Positions 35,817 to 46,086 of a DNA stretch of 46,517 bases are shown here, piece after piece (positions within the stretch are counted from its first letter, which is position 1; each line of letters starts with the position of its first letter). Made by a program: the position numbers and the translations under genes. Source of the stretch: Bacteroidales bacterium (GTDB lineage: Bacteria > Bacteroidota > Bacteroidia > Bacteroidales > WCHB1-69); the NCBI GenBank assembly GCA_031287215.1, contig JAITTF010000222.1:1-46517 (forward strand). Direction: 5' to 3'. The notes under the pieces were generated by a model. It was given only the letters and a program-made list of their open reading frames with translations, was not told the origin of the DNA and ran no database searches.

Positions 35817-37256
35817 ATGAAAAACGAGGAGATAAAAAATATTACCGAAAGTGATTATAAATATGGCTTTGTATCCGATATTGAGGTGGAAGAATTTCCA
35901 AAAGGGCTCAATGAAGAGGTCGTACAAATGATCTCAAAGCGAAAAAATGAACCTGATTGGTTGCTCAATTTTCGCTTAAATGCTTATCAGAAATGGATCA
36001 CTATGAAAGAACCGGAATGGGGACATCTCGACTTTATACGCCCTGATTATAATGAAATTATATTCCTTTCTATCCCTAAAAAGAAAAAACAACTCAACGA
36101 CCTCAATGAAGTTGACCCTGAATTGCTGAACACTTTTAATAAATTAGGGATTAATCTTGAGGAACAAAAAATGCTTTCCGGCGTTGCCGTAGATGCTGTA
36201 ATAGACTCTGTATCAGTAAAAACAACCTTCAGCGACACCCTCGAAAAATTGGGAATCATCTTCTGTTCGCTGGGAGAAGCCGTCCAAAAACACCCTGACT
36301 TAGTAAAACAATATTTAGCTTCTGTAGTACCGGTCAATGACAATTATTATGCAGCACTTAATTCCGCAGTATTTAGTGAAGGCTCTTTTTGTTACATCCC
36401 TAAAGGGGTACGCTGTCCGATAGATCTTTCGACCTATTTTCGTATCAATGCAGCTAACAGCGGGCAATTTGAACGCACACTACTTATTGCAGACGAAGAT
36501 GCTTATGTAAGTTATATGGAAGGCTGTACCGCTCCTCAACGCGATGAAAATCAGCTCCATGCTGCCGTAGTAGAAATTGTTGCCATGAAAAATGCAGAAG
36601 TCAAATACTCTACCGTCCAGAATTGGTATCCGGGAGATAAAAATGGCAAAGGAGGTATCTATAATCTCGTAACCAAAAGGGGGTTATGTAAAGGAGATTA
36701 TTCCAAAATATCTTGGACTCAGGTAGAAACAGGCTCCGCTATTACCTGGAAATATCCGGGATGTGTATTGCAAGGCAACCACTCTATAGGCGAATTTTAT
36801 TCGGTAGCAGTTACCAACAACTATCAGCAGGCTGACACCGGTACTAAAATGATTCATCTTGGCAAAGATACTAAAAGCACGATCGTCTCTAAAGGGATTT
36901 CTGCCGGAAAGAGCCAAAATAGTTACCGTGGTATGGTTAGAGTTGCCAAAAAAGCAGAAAATGCCAGAAATTTTTCTCAATGTGATTCTCTATTGATGGG
37001 AAATCGCTGTGGCGCTCATACTTGGCCTATCATTGATTGCCATAACAAAAACGCAGTTTTGGAACATGAAGCCACCACCTCTAAAATATCCGAAAATCAA
37101 CTTTTCTATGCTCAACAACGGGGTATTGACAAAGAAAGTGCTATCGGACTGATTGTCAATGGTTATGCTAAAGACGTGCTCAGCAAATTACCCATGGAAT
37201 TTGCCGTTGAAGCTCAAAAGCTGCTCTCTATCAGCTTAGAAGGAAGTGTAGGATAG
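35817..37256 (+). CDS. sufB: Fe-S cluster assembly scaffold protein SufB
   Basis: Motifs ...YKYGF..., [44 protein letters not shown] and HEATTSKI. Confidence 0.95.
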   Translation: MKNEEIKNITESDYKYGFVSDIEVEEFPKGLNEEVVQMISKRKNEPDWLLNFRLNAYQKWITMKEPEWGHLDFIRPDYNEIIFLSIPKKKKQLNDLNEVDPELLNTFNKLGINLEEQKMLSGVAVDAVIDSVSVKTTFSDTLEKLGIIFCSLGEAVQKHPDLVKQYLASVVPVNDNYYAALNSAVFSEGSFCYIPKGVRCPIDLSTYFRINAANSGQFERTLLIADEDAYVSYMEGCTAPQRDENQLHAAVVEIVAMKNAEVKYSTVQNWYPGDKNGKGGIYNLVTKRGLCKGDYSKISWTQVETGSAITWKYPGCVLQGNHSIGEFYSVAVTNNYQQADTGTKMIHLGKDTKSTIVSKGISAGKSQNSYRGMVRVAKKAENARNFSQCDSLLMGNRCGAHTWPIIDCHNKNAVLEHEATTSKISENQLFYAQQRGIDKESAIGLIVNGYAKDVLSKLPMEFAVEAQKLLSISLEGSVG

Positions 37257-37316
37257 CAATATAATGGGTTTTTGAACAACAATTTTTGTAGAAAATTTTA
37301 GTGTTTTGTTTTTTTG

Positions 37317-37324
37317 TATCTTTG
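37317..37324 (+). promoter_or_regulatory. -7 promoter box TATCTTTG (PPIase gene)
   Basis: Matches TAnnTTTG, 25 nt before the ATG at 37350. Confidence 0.5.
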
Positions 37325-37349
37325 CAGGCCAATTTTGTAGGCTAAAAAT

Positions 37350-38708
37350 ATGTCAATACTAAAAAAAATATTATTTTTTTCTCTTTTTATTTCGGTTTAT
37401 TCTCTCTCTTTTGCACAGACTAAGACTCCGATTGATGGTATTATCGCTATTGTTGGTAAAGAGACTATCTTGATTTCAGACCTTGAAAAAGCAGTGATAG
37501 ATTATAAATCTCAAGACCCCTCAGATAGTCGTACCGACTTGGAAAGAAAATGTCAAATATTGGAGCAGTTAGTGCTTCAAAAACTTTTTGTTCATCAAGC
37601 TGATTTAGATAGTGTGTTTGCTACACCGGAAGAAATTGAGTATGAAGTTAATTCCCGTATCAACTATTTTATTCGACAGGTAGGTGGCAATCCGAAAATT
37701 ATCGAACAACATTTCAATAAAACTATGGATGAAATTAAGTCTGATATGCGAGAAATTCTGCCTGATCAAATCTTAGTGCAGAAAATTCAATCTTCCCTTA
37801 CTTCAAAAATTACGATTACACCAACAGAGGTAAAACGTTTTTTTGACCAAATGAATTATGATGAATTGCCCTTAGTACCTGCTGCTTATGAGTATGGACA
37901 TATTGTAAAATTTCCTCCTGTCAGTGAAGACGAGATTAAAGGCATCAAAGACCGACTCATGGAATACCGTGAGCGTGTCCTTCGTGGCGAAAAATTCTCT
38001 ATGTTAGCACGACTCTATTCAGATGACCCAGGCAGTGCTCCAAAGGGAGGTGATATAGGATTTGTAGAACGAGGAAGCCTATACCCTGAATTTGAAGCAG
38101 CCGCATTCAAATTGAAAAGCGGCGAAATATCTCCCATTGTACAAACAAAAGCCGGCTATCATATCATTCAACTCATTGAAAGAAAAGGAGAAGCTATTCA
38201 CGTAGCCCATATTCTCATTCAACCAAAACCTTCTATAGACGAGCAAGTGAAGACTATCGGTTATTTAGACAGTATTAAAAAAGTCATTGTGGCTAATAAC
38301 CGAGATTTTTCAGAGGTTGCACTTCTCTATTCAGACGACCCTAATAGAAATAGCGGGGGATGGGTTACCAATCCTTCTACACTTTCTGTAAAATTTGATA
38401 AGGAAAGTTTAGACCCTACTATTTATGCCGAATTAAACAAACTTATCCCGGGAGAATACTCCGAACCACTACCATACGTTAGCGACGAAGGAGTGGTAGG
38501 CTATAGAGTGCTCTATCTAAAAACTAAAACTACACCCCACAAACCCAATATGGTTGAAGATTACGACATACTACAGAATGCAGCGTTAGAAAATAGAAAA
38601 AATGAGGTGCTTGATAAATGGGTTGCTAATAAAGTAAAAGTAACCAGTATAAAAATTAACGATAAATACCGAGAATGTCCATTTGTAAATGAATGGCAAA
38701 TCCCGTAG
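37350..38708 (+). CDS. Periplasmic peptidyl-prolyl isomerase, SurA-like (SurA N-domain plus parvulin/PpiC domain)
   Basis: Signal peptide ...SLSFAQT. Parvulin motif GGDIGFVERGSLYPEFEAAAF.LKSGEISPIVQTKAGYHIIQL. Confidence 0.8.
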   Translation: MSILKKILFFSLFISVYSLSFAQTKTPIDGIIAIVGKETILISDLEKAVIDYKSQDPSDSRTDLERKCQILEQLVLQKLFVHQADLDSVFATPEEIEYEVNSRINYFIRQVGGNPKIIEQHFNKTMDEIKSDMREILPDQILVQKIQSSLTSKITITPTEVKRFFDQMNYDELPLVPAAYEYGHIVKFPPVSEDEIKGIKDRLMEYRERVLRGEKFSMLARLYSDDPGSAPKGGDIGFVERGSLYPEFEAAAFKLKSGEISPIVQTKAGYHIIQLIERKGEAIHVAHILIQPKPSIDEQVKTIGYLDSIKKVIVANNRDFSEVALLYSDDPNRNSGGWVTNPSTLSVKFDKESLDPTIYAELNKLIPGEYSEPLPYVSDEGVVGYRVLYLKTKTTPHKPNMVEDYDILQNAALENRKNEVLDKWVANKVKVTSIKINDKYRECPFVNEWQIP

Positions 38709-38753
38709 CGTATTTTTTCTAATAAGTCTCAAATAATAAATCTTGAAAATTTT

Positions 38754-39728
38754 ATGAATGTTCAATTTAAAAATGATGTAGAAGCTATTGATGCTTTTGT
38801 GGACAAATATGCCGAATTAAGAAAAGAGATCGGAAAAGTGATTGTAGGTCAAGATGAGGTGGTCAAAAATGTATTGATGGCAATGTTTAGCCGTAGCCAT
38901 GCCCTACTGATAGGCGTCCCAGGCTTAGCCAAAACATTGATGATTACTACCATTGCAAAAGCTATCAATCTATCTTTCAATAGAATACAGTTTACACCTG
39001 ACCTTATGCCCTCAGATATTATGGGAACTGAAATCTTGGATGAGAATCGGAAATTTAATTTCGTTAAAGGTCCTATTTTTGCAAATATCGTATTGGCAGA
39101 TGAAATCAACCGTACCCCTCCTAAGACGCAATCGGCACTGTTGGAAGCTATGCAGGAACGCTCAGTCAGTATGAACGCCGTTACCTATACCCTACCCGAT
39201 CCATTTTTTGTACTCGCTACTCAAAACCCTATTGAACAAGAAGGTACCTATCCCCTTCCGGAAGCACAACAAGACCGTTTTATGTTCAACATTCTCTTGG
39301 ACTACCCTACATTTCAAGAGGAAATTGACATTGTAAAAAGTACTATTCATGGCGATATGGAAGAACCGAGACAGATTATTTCCGTTGAAGAGATTGTATT
39401 CTATCAAAAGTTATTACAAAAAGTACCGATAGCCGAAAATGTATATCAATATGCTGTAAATCTTGCTACTATGACCCGTCCCTGCACTACCAAAGCACAT
39501 AAATGGGCAAATGATTACCTCACTTGGGGTGCCGGTCCACGTGCTTCACAGTTTTTAATTATCGGTGCAAGAACTCACGCCATCCTTAATGGTAAATATT
39601 CTCCTGATATTGAAGACATTAAAGCTGTAGCACATCCTATTCTTCGTCATAGGATTATCAAAAATTATAAAGCCGAAGCTGAAGGTATTTCTATAGAAGA
39701 TATTATTACAGAACTTATTAAAAATTAA
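38754..39728 (+). CDS. MoxR-family AAA+ ATPase
   Basis: VIVGQDEVV, Walker A GVPGLAKT, Walker B LADEINR, ATQNPIEQEGTYPLPEAQQDRF and GAGPRAS. Confidence 0.9.
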   Translation: MNVQFKNDVEAIDAFVDKYAELRKEIGKVIVGQDEVVKNVLMAMFSRSHALLIGVPGLAKTLMITTIAKAINLSFNRIQFTPDLMPSDIMGTEILDENRKFNFVKGPIFANIVLADEINRTPPKTQSALLEAMQERSVSMNAVTYTLPDPFFVLATQNPIEQEGTYPLPEAQQDRFMFNILLDYPTFQEEIDIVKSTIHGDMEEPRQIISVEEIVFYQKLLQKVPIAENVYQYAVNLATMTRPCTTKAHKWANDYLTWGAGPRASQFLIIGARTHAILNGKYSPDIEDIKAVAHPILRHRIIKNYKAEAEGISIEDIITELIKN

Positions 39729-39750
39729 TTGCTTAAGATTATTTAGCACC

Positions 39751-41274
39751 ATGAATGTTTATGGAAACAAAAAACAATTTAAGTTTTGGCTCATCGCCTC
39801 AGCCGTTGTTGTTTTTGTTGTCATCATACTCTATTCTAATCATTTAATTACTAACATGGCGAATGAAGAACGCCATAGAATAGAGATTTGGGCGGATGCA
39901 ATAACCTATAAAGCTGAATTAGTAAATTATACCGAAAAATTCTTTGAAAGAATTAAAATTGAAGAGGGAAAAAGAGCTTCGATTTTTGCACAAGCACTGC
40001 AAAAAGTAAACGAAGCCTCATTTGATGAAGACTTAACCTTTTATCAGAGTATCATTTCGTCCAATTCAACCATCCCTTCGATCATGGTGCATGAAGATGG
40101 CAAAATAGATTGTGCCGTAAATGTGGACTTTGACATTCAGAAACTTAGATATATCTGGGAATTGACTGATTACCAAAATAAATTTGACAGCATAAAAATT
40201 CAATACGACCGTAGAAGTGATCGACATTTTATCATGGTCTATTACAAAGAATCTAAAATTTATACTGATCTAAAAGTAGTATTGAATAATCTGATCAGTT
40301 CATTTTTCCAAGAAATTGTAATCAATTCTGCATCTGTTCCGGTGATTATTACGGATAAAACTGAACAAGAAGTCATTGCTTACGGAAATATTGATTCTAC
40401 TATTATTCAAAACCAATCCTCATTGAAATCCCTTATTGAAGAGATGAGAGCTGCTAATCATCCCATCAAAATTGATATTCCTAACCATCAAACCTGTTAT
40501 GTGTTTTATGAAGAATCTTCTGTTTTGCAACAGTTGAGATTTTTCCCTTTTATTCAACTGGCGATTCTCCTCATTTTTGTGGCAGTAGCTTACCTCTTAT
40601 TTAGCATGGCACGCAAATCCGAACAAAATCAAGTTTGGGTAGGCATGTCCAAAGAGACTGCACACCAATTAGGCACCCCCATTTCCTCTTTAATGGCGTG
40701 GAATGAATTACTAAAAGAACAAGACATTGATCCCTCCATAATCAAAGAAATTGAAAAGGATGTCAATCGTTTAGAAACTATCAGTCAACGATTCTCCAAA
40801 ATCGGTTCTGTACCCGAACTCAAAGATGAAAATCTGATTGAAGTTATAGACGAATTTGTCAATTACCTCACTACCAGACTGCCGGGAAAAGTATCACTCG
40901 ATTTTATTAAGCCTAAAAACAATAACATTGTATTACCGCTTAATAGATACCTTTTTGAATGGGTAATTGAAAACCTGTGCAAAAATTCAGCCGATGCTAT
41001 GAGTGGGAAAGGTGCCATTTTTATTGAAATTGCTGAGGAACCAAAAGTCGTACATGTTGACATTCGAGATACCGGTAAAGGGATTCCCTCTAGCAAAATA
41101 AACGCCATCTTTAACCCCGGTTATACCACCAAAAGTAGAGGTTGGGGGTTGGGACTAACCTTATCAGCACGTATCATTAAAGAATACCATAAAGGAAAAC
41201 TATTTGTAAAATCCTCTACGGCAGGTGTTGGAACAGTAATGCGTATTACACTAAAAAAAGGTTACCCTAAATGA
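39751..41274 (+). CDS. Sensor histidine kinase (two TM segments, large extracytoplasmic domain, HisKA plus HATPase_c)
   Basis: TM1 at aa 11-33 and TM2 FFPFIQLAILLIFVAVAYLLF. H-box ETAHQLGTPISSL, N-box NLCKNSADA, G-boxes DTGKGIP and GWGLGL. No receiver domain, and no response regulator in the window. Confidence 0.85.
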   Translation: MNVYGNKKQFKFWLIASAVVVFVVIILYSNHLITNMANEERHRIEIWADAITYKAELVNYTEKFFERIKIEEGKRASIFAQALQKVNEASFDEDLTFYQSIISSNSTIPSIMVHEDGKIDCAVNVDFDIQKLRYIWELTDYQNKFDSIKIQYDRRSDRHFIMVYYKESKIYTDLKVVLNNLISSFFQEIVINSASVPVIITDKTEQEVIAYGNIDSTIIQNQSSLKSLIEEMRAANHPIKIDIPNHQTCYVFYEESSVLQQLRFFPFIQLAILLIFVAVAYLLFSMARKSEQNQVWVGMSKETAHQLGTPISSLMAWNELLKEQDIDPSIIKEIEKDVNRLETISQRFSKIGSVPELKDENLIEVIDEFVNYLTTRLPGKVSLDFIKPKNNNIVLPLNRYLFEWVIENLCKNSADAMSGKGAIFIEIAEEPKVVHVDIRDTGKGIPSSKINAIFNPGYTTKSRGWGLGLTLSARIIKEYHKGKLFVKSSTAGVGTVMRITLKKGYPK

Positions 41275-41361
41275 GAGTAACCTTGCAATAATACTATAAA
41301 GTTTATTTAGTCCATAAGTTCGAAATTACTAATTGTAAGCATTTAACAACCGTAATGCTAA

Positions 41362-44300
41362 TTACTTTACGACTATTATACCTGATGTTAATAATTGATT
41401 GTTATGATAAAAACTATAAAAATAGTCTCCTGACGAAATCGAATTAACGTTCCATGTCCACTCCCCTTTATCTCCATTAAGTGCATTATTAATCAACAGT
41501 TTACCACTATTATCATGAATCTTTAGAATAATCTTTCCTTTGATCTCTTTAAAATTCCATTCAAACTTGCAATAAGTTTCGGTAGGATTGGGACTCACTA
41601 TTACAGTATTCTCTTCAATTACAATAGATTTCCTTACACCATTTGGCATCGAAGAAATAAACTCATCTTCATGATTAACGCCTTTGTGTTCATCATTACA
41701 AATTTGATACAGATAGCATAAAATATTATCAACAAGAACCTTACCTCTTCCTGAATGTGTTCGTGAAAACTCAACTAATTGATCAATCTCTTCAAGTTTT
41801 AGTTCGTAAATATTTTTTTCATTTTTATGCAAATATTCTCTAAAAATAATATAATCCATAAAATCGCTAATTCCTTCTCTTTCTTCTGGGGTCAATTTAT
41901 TAAGACTATACATCAAATTTACAGAATAGCGAGCATCATCAAATCGATTTTCAACAATTGCTCTTTCTGCCAATGATAATAAATCGGAATAAGAAGATCT
42001 TTCTGCCAGCAATTGATTAATAGTTTCGGAATGGTTTACTGAATCATTGAGCAAACATTGGAGATATTGATTTAAGATATAATCTCTCTGTGAAGCTGTA
42101 ATTGCTAATTGTTGTTCAGCTTCCTTAATTTTATTTTCATCTCCGGAAAGAAGCACGGATTGACATGCTTGAGAAGCATTTTTAAATAAACGATTAGCAT
42201 TTTCGTAAGCTGTTTTCACCACTACAACCTCAACATCACCACCGCCCGTATTGAAATGTGAAGGGCAATCATTCTCGGCAGAAACCGGATTTAAAACAAC
42301 ATTAACAGAGGGAATTGGAATTTCTTCATTATGACTATTATTGTATTGATAATTAATACTGCTCTCCGTATTGTTATGCACTCTACGTCTTACTGAAGAA
42401 GAGAAAACATTTCCTGCTGGAATATCAAATACAAAATTATTGACTATTGCGCCTCCTTGAAAAGCACGAATACCATTAATAGAAGCATTGTCAGGATCAA
42501 TACCTACATAGATATCCTCTCTTAGATTATTTTGATGTGTATTACATAAAGTTTGGAGTCCTAAGTAGCTATTATTTCCTCTATTTTGACCAACAAATTG
42601 TTGTGCTATGAACAAATTAGAAAACTCGTTTCTATAAATTTGATTATTATTGGCACCACTATTTTTTACAGAAATTCCATAATTTTGGGTAGTGGATTGA
42701 GCTAAAGCATAAAATTTATTTTCTTCAATCGTAAATCCTGTTGATTCTATTGAGATGATACCAAAATTAGTTCCGTTTGTTATATTACCAATACTAAATT
42801 CAGATTTTACAACGTAAATATTATCAACAGCATTAGTCTCAATTCCAATATTATTATTTTGAAAAACAGCTTCAACAACTCTCATGGAGGCATTTGTAGC
42901 TGTGCCAATTGCTTCAATAGCACGATCGAAACCATTAAAATAAGATTGATGAGAATAACCATCCACACAAGAATTAGTGATAGGATCAACCATTTCACAG
43001 ATTGGATTGACAAAAAAACCGGAATTAGCAGCAAAAATACCTGTAACTAAATCTCTTGAATTATGATTAATAAAATTGCAAGCTCTAAAATTCACTCCTT
43101 TTACTGACAATAACTCAACTTGTTTATTAGGATTATTTCCATCAATAAAACTATTTTCTTCTGCAATAAAATTACAATATTCAAAAACACTACTATTATT
43201 TTCAGTTGCATTATTATTTAATAAAGAGGAGATCACTACTGCTTGTTTGTTATTAATAAAAGAGATGTCATGCCCTAAAATAAAGCCACTTTGTGTACTG
43301 CCGCCTGTTCGGATACCACAATTAGCATTTTTGATTACCGACCCATTCAGAAGGTGTACTTTCCCATTGGAATGATGATTCCCATTACCATTTCCTTCAA
43401 CCACAATGCCTTCCCATAAAATATTTCCGCAGGAATTGGTTAGTAATGCTCCATTTAATTCAAGTAAACCACCTTGTTTAACAATAATTGAAATATTAGG
43501 ATTCAAATACAAATTAGTCGAAACCGTCAATTTAGCTCCATTAAATACGATTACATTTTCATTTAATTGCAGCGGATCACTCCAAATTGTATTTTGTGTA
43601 ATCATATAGCTATTCGGTGAGGGTATTAAAGTTTCTCTTTCCATTGTAACTACATTATATTTCGCCAATTTTTTGTTATAAGTTAGATTAGAAGAAGTAG
43701 CACTAACCCATGAATTTGAATTTTTGGACAAGCATTTAACAACTATGGTTGACGTTCCTTGTCCTGCAACTATCAACAAATTATTACTACATTCCCAAGT
43801 AACAATAGCATTTTGTTGATTTGCAGGAAGGTGCATTGTAAATAGGACTTCATCACAGACTGAGATTGAATCTTTTCCCTGAATATACGTTTCTATTTCA
43901 TTGGTTAAATAGCTGACAATAGATGGATTAAAAGAGACATGAGCCATATTTTGAGTAACCGTATTACAATAGCTTGCAAAAGGGATTACCCCTTCATTAA
44001 CCAAATTTCTTCCTGCATAATTAGTACAATAGTTAGGATTTCCACTAACATCTAACGTACTTCTTACAGGCATAAAACAGTGGTTATGAGCGTTCGTAAT
44101 GATGACACTGGCTGGTAAATTATCCACAATTTGATCAAAAGTATTATAGGTTCCGCCAGGAGCTCCATCAATACCACAAAAGCCATTATTGGGAGCTGTA
44201 ACTGATCTTTTTACATAGGCAGGAAAGATACCCAAAACAAGCCAAAAGTTCTCCAAAACATCTACTGTTTGTCCTGAAGCAGGAAATCTTCGTATTTTTG

Positions 44301-45939
44301 AATCAATAAAAGCGACTACATACGGAAAAAATGCTTCAAAAGCAACAGTCCCTGCAGCTCCATTAGCAGTATTATTGAGACTTCCATTAGAAATGGCTAT
44401 TTTTCTCAGTGCATTTGGATAACCAACATTTGATAATCTATTATAGTAGCGGTCATGGTACATTTGTGCTCCACTTCCTTTATGGAAAATGAGCATTTGT
44501 TTTGCAGCTACACAATTTAAAATATCATTCCACGTTTTTTTTGCAGCTTGATTTCCTAAATCGTTTCCCCAATAGTCTAAAAATTCTTGTGCTCCGTAGG
44601 ATATATTAGCCCCTTGATGAGGCGAATCATAAGAAACCCAGAGCCGACAATTGTGTTTCCCGTAATTACATTTTACTTCGTTAGGATTTTGTTCCATATA
44701 TGCCATTGCAAAACGGGTAATCTGACCACCCATACTTGGACCTACTACCACAATTTGCTCTTTACTTCCATTCAATTTTAATTTATTGTTGATATAATTG
44801 ATCGTTTCAATACAAACCATAGCATTTTTTTCAATATATCCTCCTCCATCCGGTAAATCCAAAATTACTAAATCATAACCTAAAGATTGTAATAGATATT
44901 TTCCCAAATTTTGTGTAGATCCATTACTTACATAATTTAACTGTTCCCAAATTGATTTACCTGTTCCAATACAAGATTCAAAATTTCTCTTATTTCCGGG
45001 ATCAAAGCCATCCACAATGAGAATAGGTTTTCTTAATTTTTTATCAGCATTGGCATAGTATATCCAAACATTTCCTTGATTTCTACCTGCATTATGTCCT
45101 TGATAATCTATAAAATCTATTTGAGCAGTAATCGCCAGAGAGCCAACTAATTTATCAATGTACGGCCATCCACTACCAATAGATTTCGATTTTTCTTCAG
45201 TATAATATTTTATCTTTGCAAAAGCAGTTACTTCAGATCTATCTCTAAAAATTGCAATAAAACGCAAAATATATTCTCCTGTATCGGCATAATGTACCAT
45301 ATATGAGCTGTTTAGATTAACTGCAACAAATCCTTGCCCATCTCCAAAATCAATTTGAAATTTTACGATAGGATTTAGAGTATTATCAAATTGAAAATAA
45401 TCTGTAAAAGTGTATATAACATCAGCATTGGATGTTAATCCTACTAACGGGGATGCCATAAAGATCGTGTTTTCTTTAAATAGAGAATTGTGAATATGGG
45501 CATCTTCAGCGATCAGAGAATCTGTACTAAGGTACAATTTTTGTGATGCCACAGCACTATCAATGCAATTGAAACGAAAATGCAACGTACCAATAGGTAT
45601 CACGTTAGCATCTACAACAAGAGAAGAGGTAAGTTCCTCAATAGTAATAGGTAACCTTGCAGAAGGCAAGAATGCAGCCCTCCATAATTCATCAAAACCT
45701 TGAATAAAAGTATATGCATCAGCAGTCCGATTTTGAGGAACTGCTGATATATTGAAATCTGTTAGTTTTGAAAAGGGTACGACCCTGTCATATAATATGC
45801 CGGTTCTGGCATCATTTTTATTTACATTGACAAAAAGATTGTCAAAAATTTCGGTGTAAGATTGCCCCACCGTTTGGGCTTGTAACAGGCTTCCCATCCA
45901 AATGAAAGCCATACAAAAAATTGAAAAAATCTTTTTCAT
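41362..45939 (-). CDS. Large T9SS-secreted multidomain protein (alpha/beta-hydrolase, right-handed beta-helix-like repeats, helical region, T9SS sorting domain)
   Basis: Signal peptide MKKIFSIFCMAFIWMGSLLQAQT. Lipase-type nucleophile elbow VVVGPSMGGQ (Ser402, codon 44734-44736) and downstream YDSPHQGA. Degenerate repeats (...NNNIGIETN..., ...GFTIEENKF...) over about aa 790-1250. C-terminus ...VSPNPTETYCKFEW...GDYFYSFYHNNQLLTSGIIVVK. Confidence 0.75.
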   Translation of the reverse strand: MKKIFSIFCMAFIWMGSLLQAQTVGQSYTEIFDNLFVNVNKNDARTGILYDRVVPFSKLTDFNISAVPQNRTADAYTFIQGFDELWRAAFLPSARLPITIEELTSSLVVDANVIPIGTLHFRFNCIDSAVASQKLYLSTDSLIAEDAHIHNSLFKENTIFMASPLVGLTSNADVIYTFTDYFQFDNTLNPIVKFQIDFGDGQGFVAVNLNSSYMVHYADTGEYILRFIAIFRDRSEVTAFAKIKYYTEEKSKSIGSGWPYIDKLVGSLAITAQIDFIDYQGHNAGRNQGNVWIYYANADKKLRKPILIVDGFDPGNKRNFESCIGTGKSIWEQLNYVSNGSTQNLGKYLLQSLGYDLVILDLPDGGGYIEKNAMVCIETINYINNKLKLNGSKEQIVVVGPSMGGQITRFAMAYMEQNPNEVKCNYGKHNCRLWVSYDSPHQGANISYGAQEFLDYWGNDLGNQAAKKTWNDILNCVAAKQMLIFHKGSGAQMYHDRYYNRLSNVGYPNALRKIAISNGSLNNTANGAAGTVAFEAFFPYVVAFIDSKIRRFPASGQTVDVLENFWLVLGIFPAYVKRSVTAPNNGFCGIDGAPGGTYNTFDQIVDNLPASVIITNAHNHCFMPVRSTLDVSGNPNYCTNYAGRNLVNEGVIPFASYCNTVTQNMAHVSFNPSIVSYLTNEIETYIQGKDSISVCDEVLFTMHLPANQQNAIVTWECSNNLLIVAGQGTSTIVVKCLSKNSNSWVSATSSNLTYNKKLAKYNVVTMERETLIPSPNSYMITQNTIWSDPLQLNENVIVFNGAKLTVSTNLYLNPNISIIVKQGGLLELNGALLTNSCGNILWEGIVVEGNGNGNHHSNGKVHLLNGSVIKNANCGIRTGGSTQSGFILGHDISFINNKQAVVISSLLNNNATENNSSVFEYCNFIAEENSFIDGNNPNKQVELLSVKGVNFRACNFINHNSRDLVTGIFAANSGFFVNPICEMVDPITNSCVDGYSHQSYFNGFDRAIEAIGTATNASMRVVEAVFQNNNIGIETNAVDNIYVVKSEFSIGNITNGTNFGIISIESTGFTIEENKFYALAQSTTQNYGISVKNSGANNNQIYRNEFSNLFIAQQFVGQNRGNNSYLGLQTLCNTHQNNLREDIYVGIDPDNASINGIRAFQGGAIVNNFVFDIPAGNVFSSSVRRRVHNNTESSINYQYNNSHNEEIPIPSVNVVLNPVSAENDCPSHFNTGGGDVEVVVVKTAYENANRLFKNASQACQSVLLSGDENKIKEAEQQLAITASQRDYILNQYLQCLLNDSVNHSETINQLLAERSSYSDLLSLAERAIVENRFDDARYSVNLMYSLNKLTPEEREGISDFMDYIIFREYLHKNEKNIYELKLEEIDQLVEFSRTHSGRGKVLVDNILCYLYQICNDEHKGVNHEDEFISSMPNGVRKSIVIEENTVIVSPNPTETYCKFEWNFKEIKGKIILKIHDNSGKLLINNALNGDKGEWTWNVNSISSGDYFYSFYHNNQLLTSGIIVVK

Positions 45940-45958
45940 GATCGATTAGTTTTTGTAA

Positions 45959-45985
45959 GTTAATTGAGTTAATTGAGTTAATTGA
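45959..45985. repeat. Perfect 3 x 9-nt tandem repeat (gttaattga) in the upstream region of the 1525-aa gene
   Basis: gttaattga gttaattga gttaattga, beginning 20 nt upstream of the ATG at 45939. Confidence 0.9.
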
Positions 45986-46086
45986 TAAAAACAATAGGAA
46001 TTTGTTTAGTGATGGGTTTGTAGAGCGTAACCCTGAGTTAAGGAGGATGTAACGATTTCATAACGTTGAAGGATAAAGGTTAGTAA

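Noticed and set aside
41275-41361. Possible terminator between the convergent kinase and 1525-aa genes (agcatt...aatgct)
   Set aside because: The stem is only 6 bp, the loop is about 10 nt, and there is no flanking T-run on either strand.
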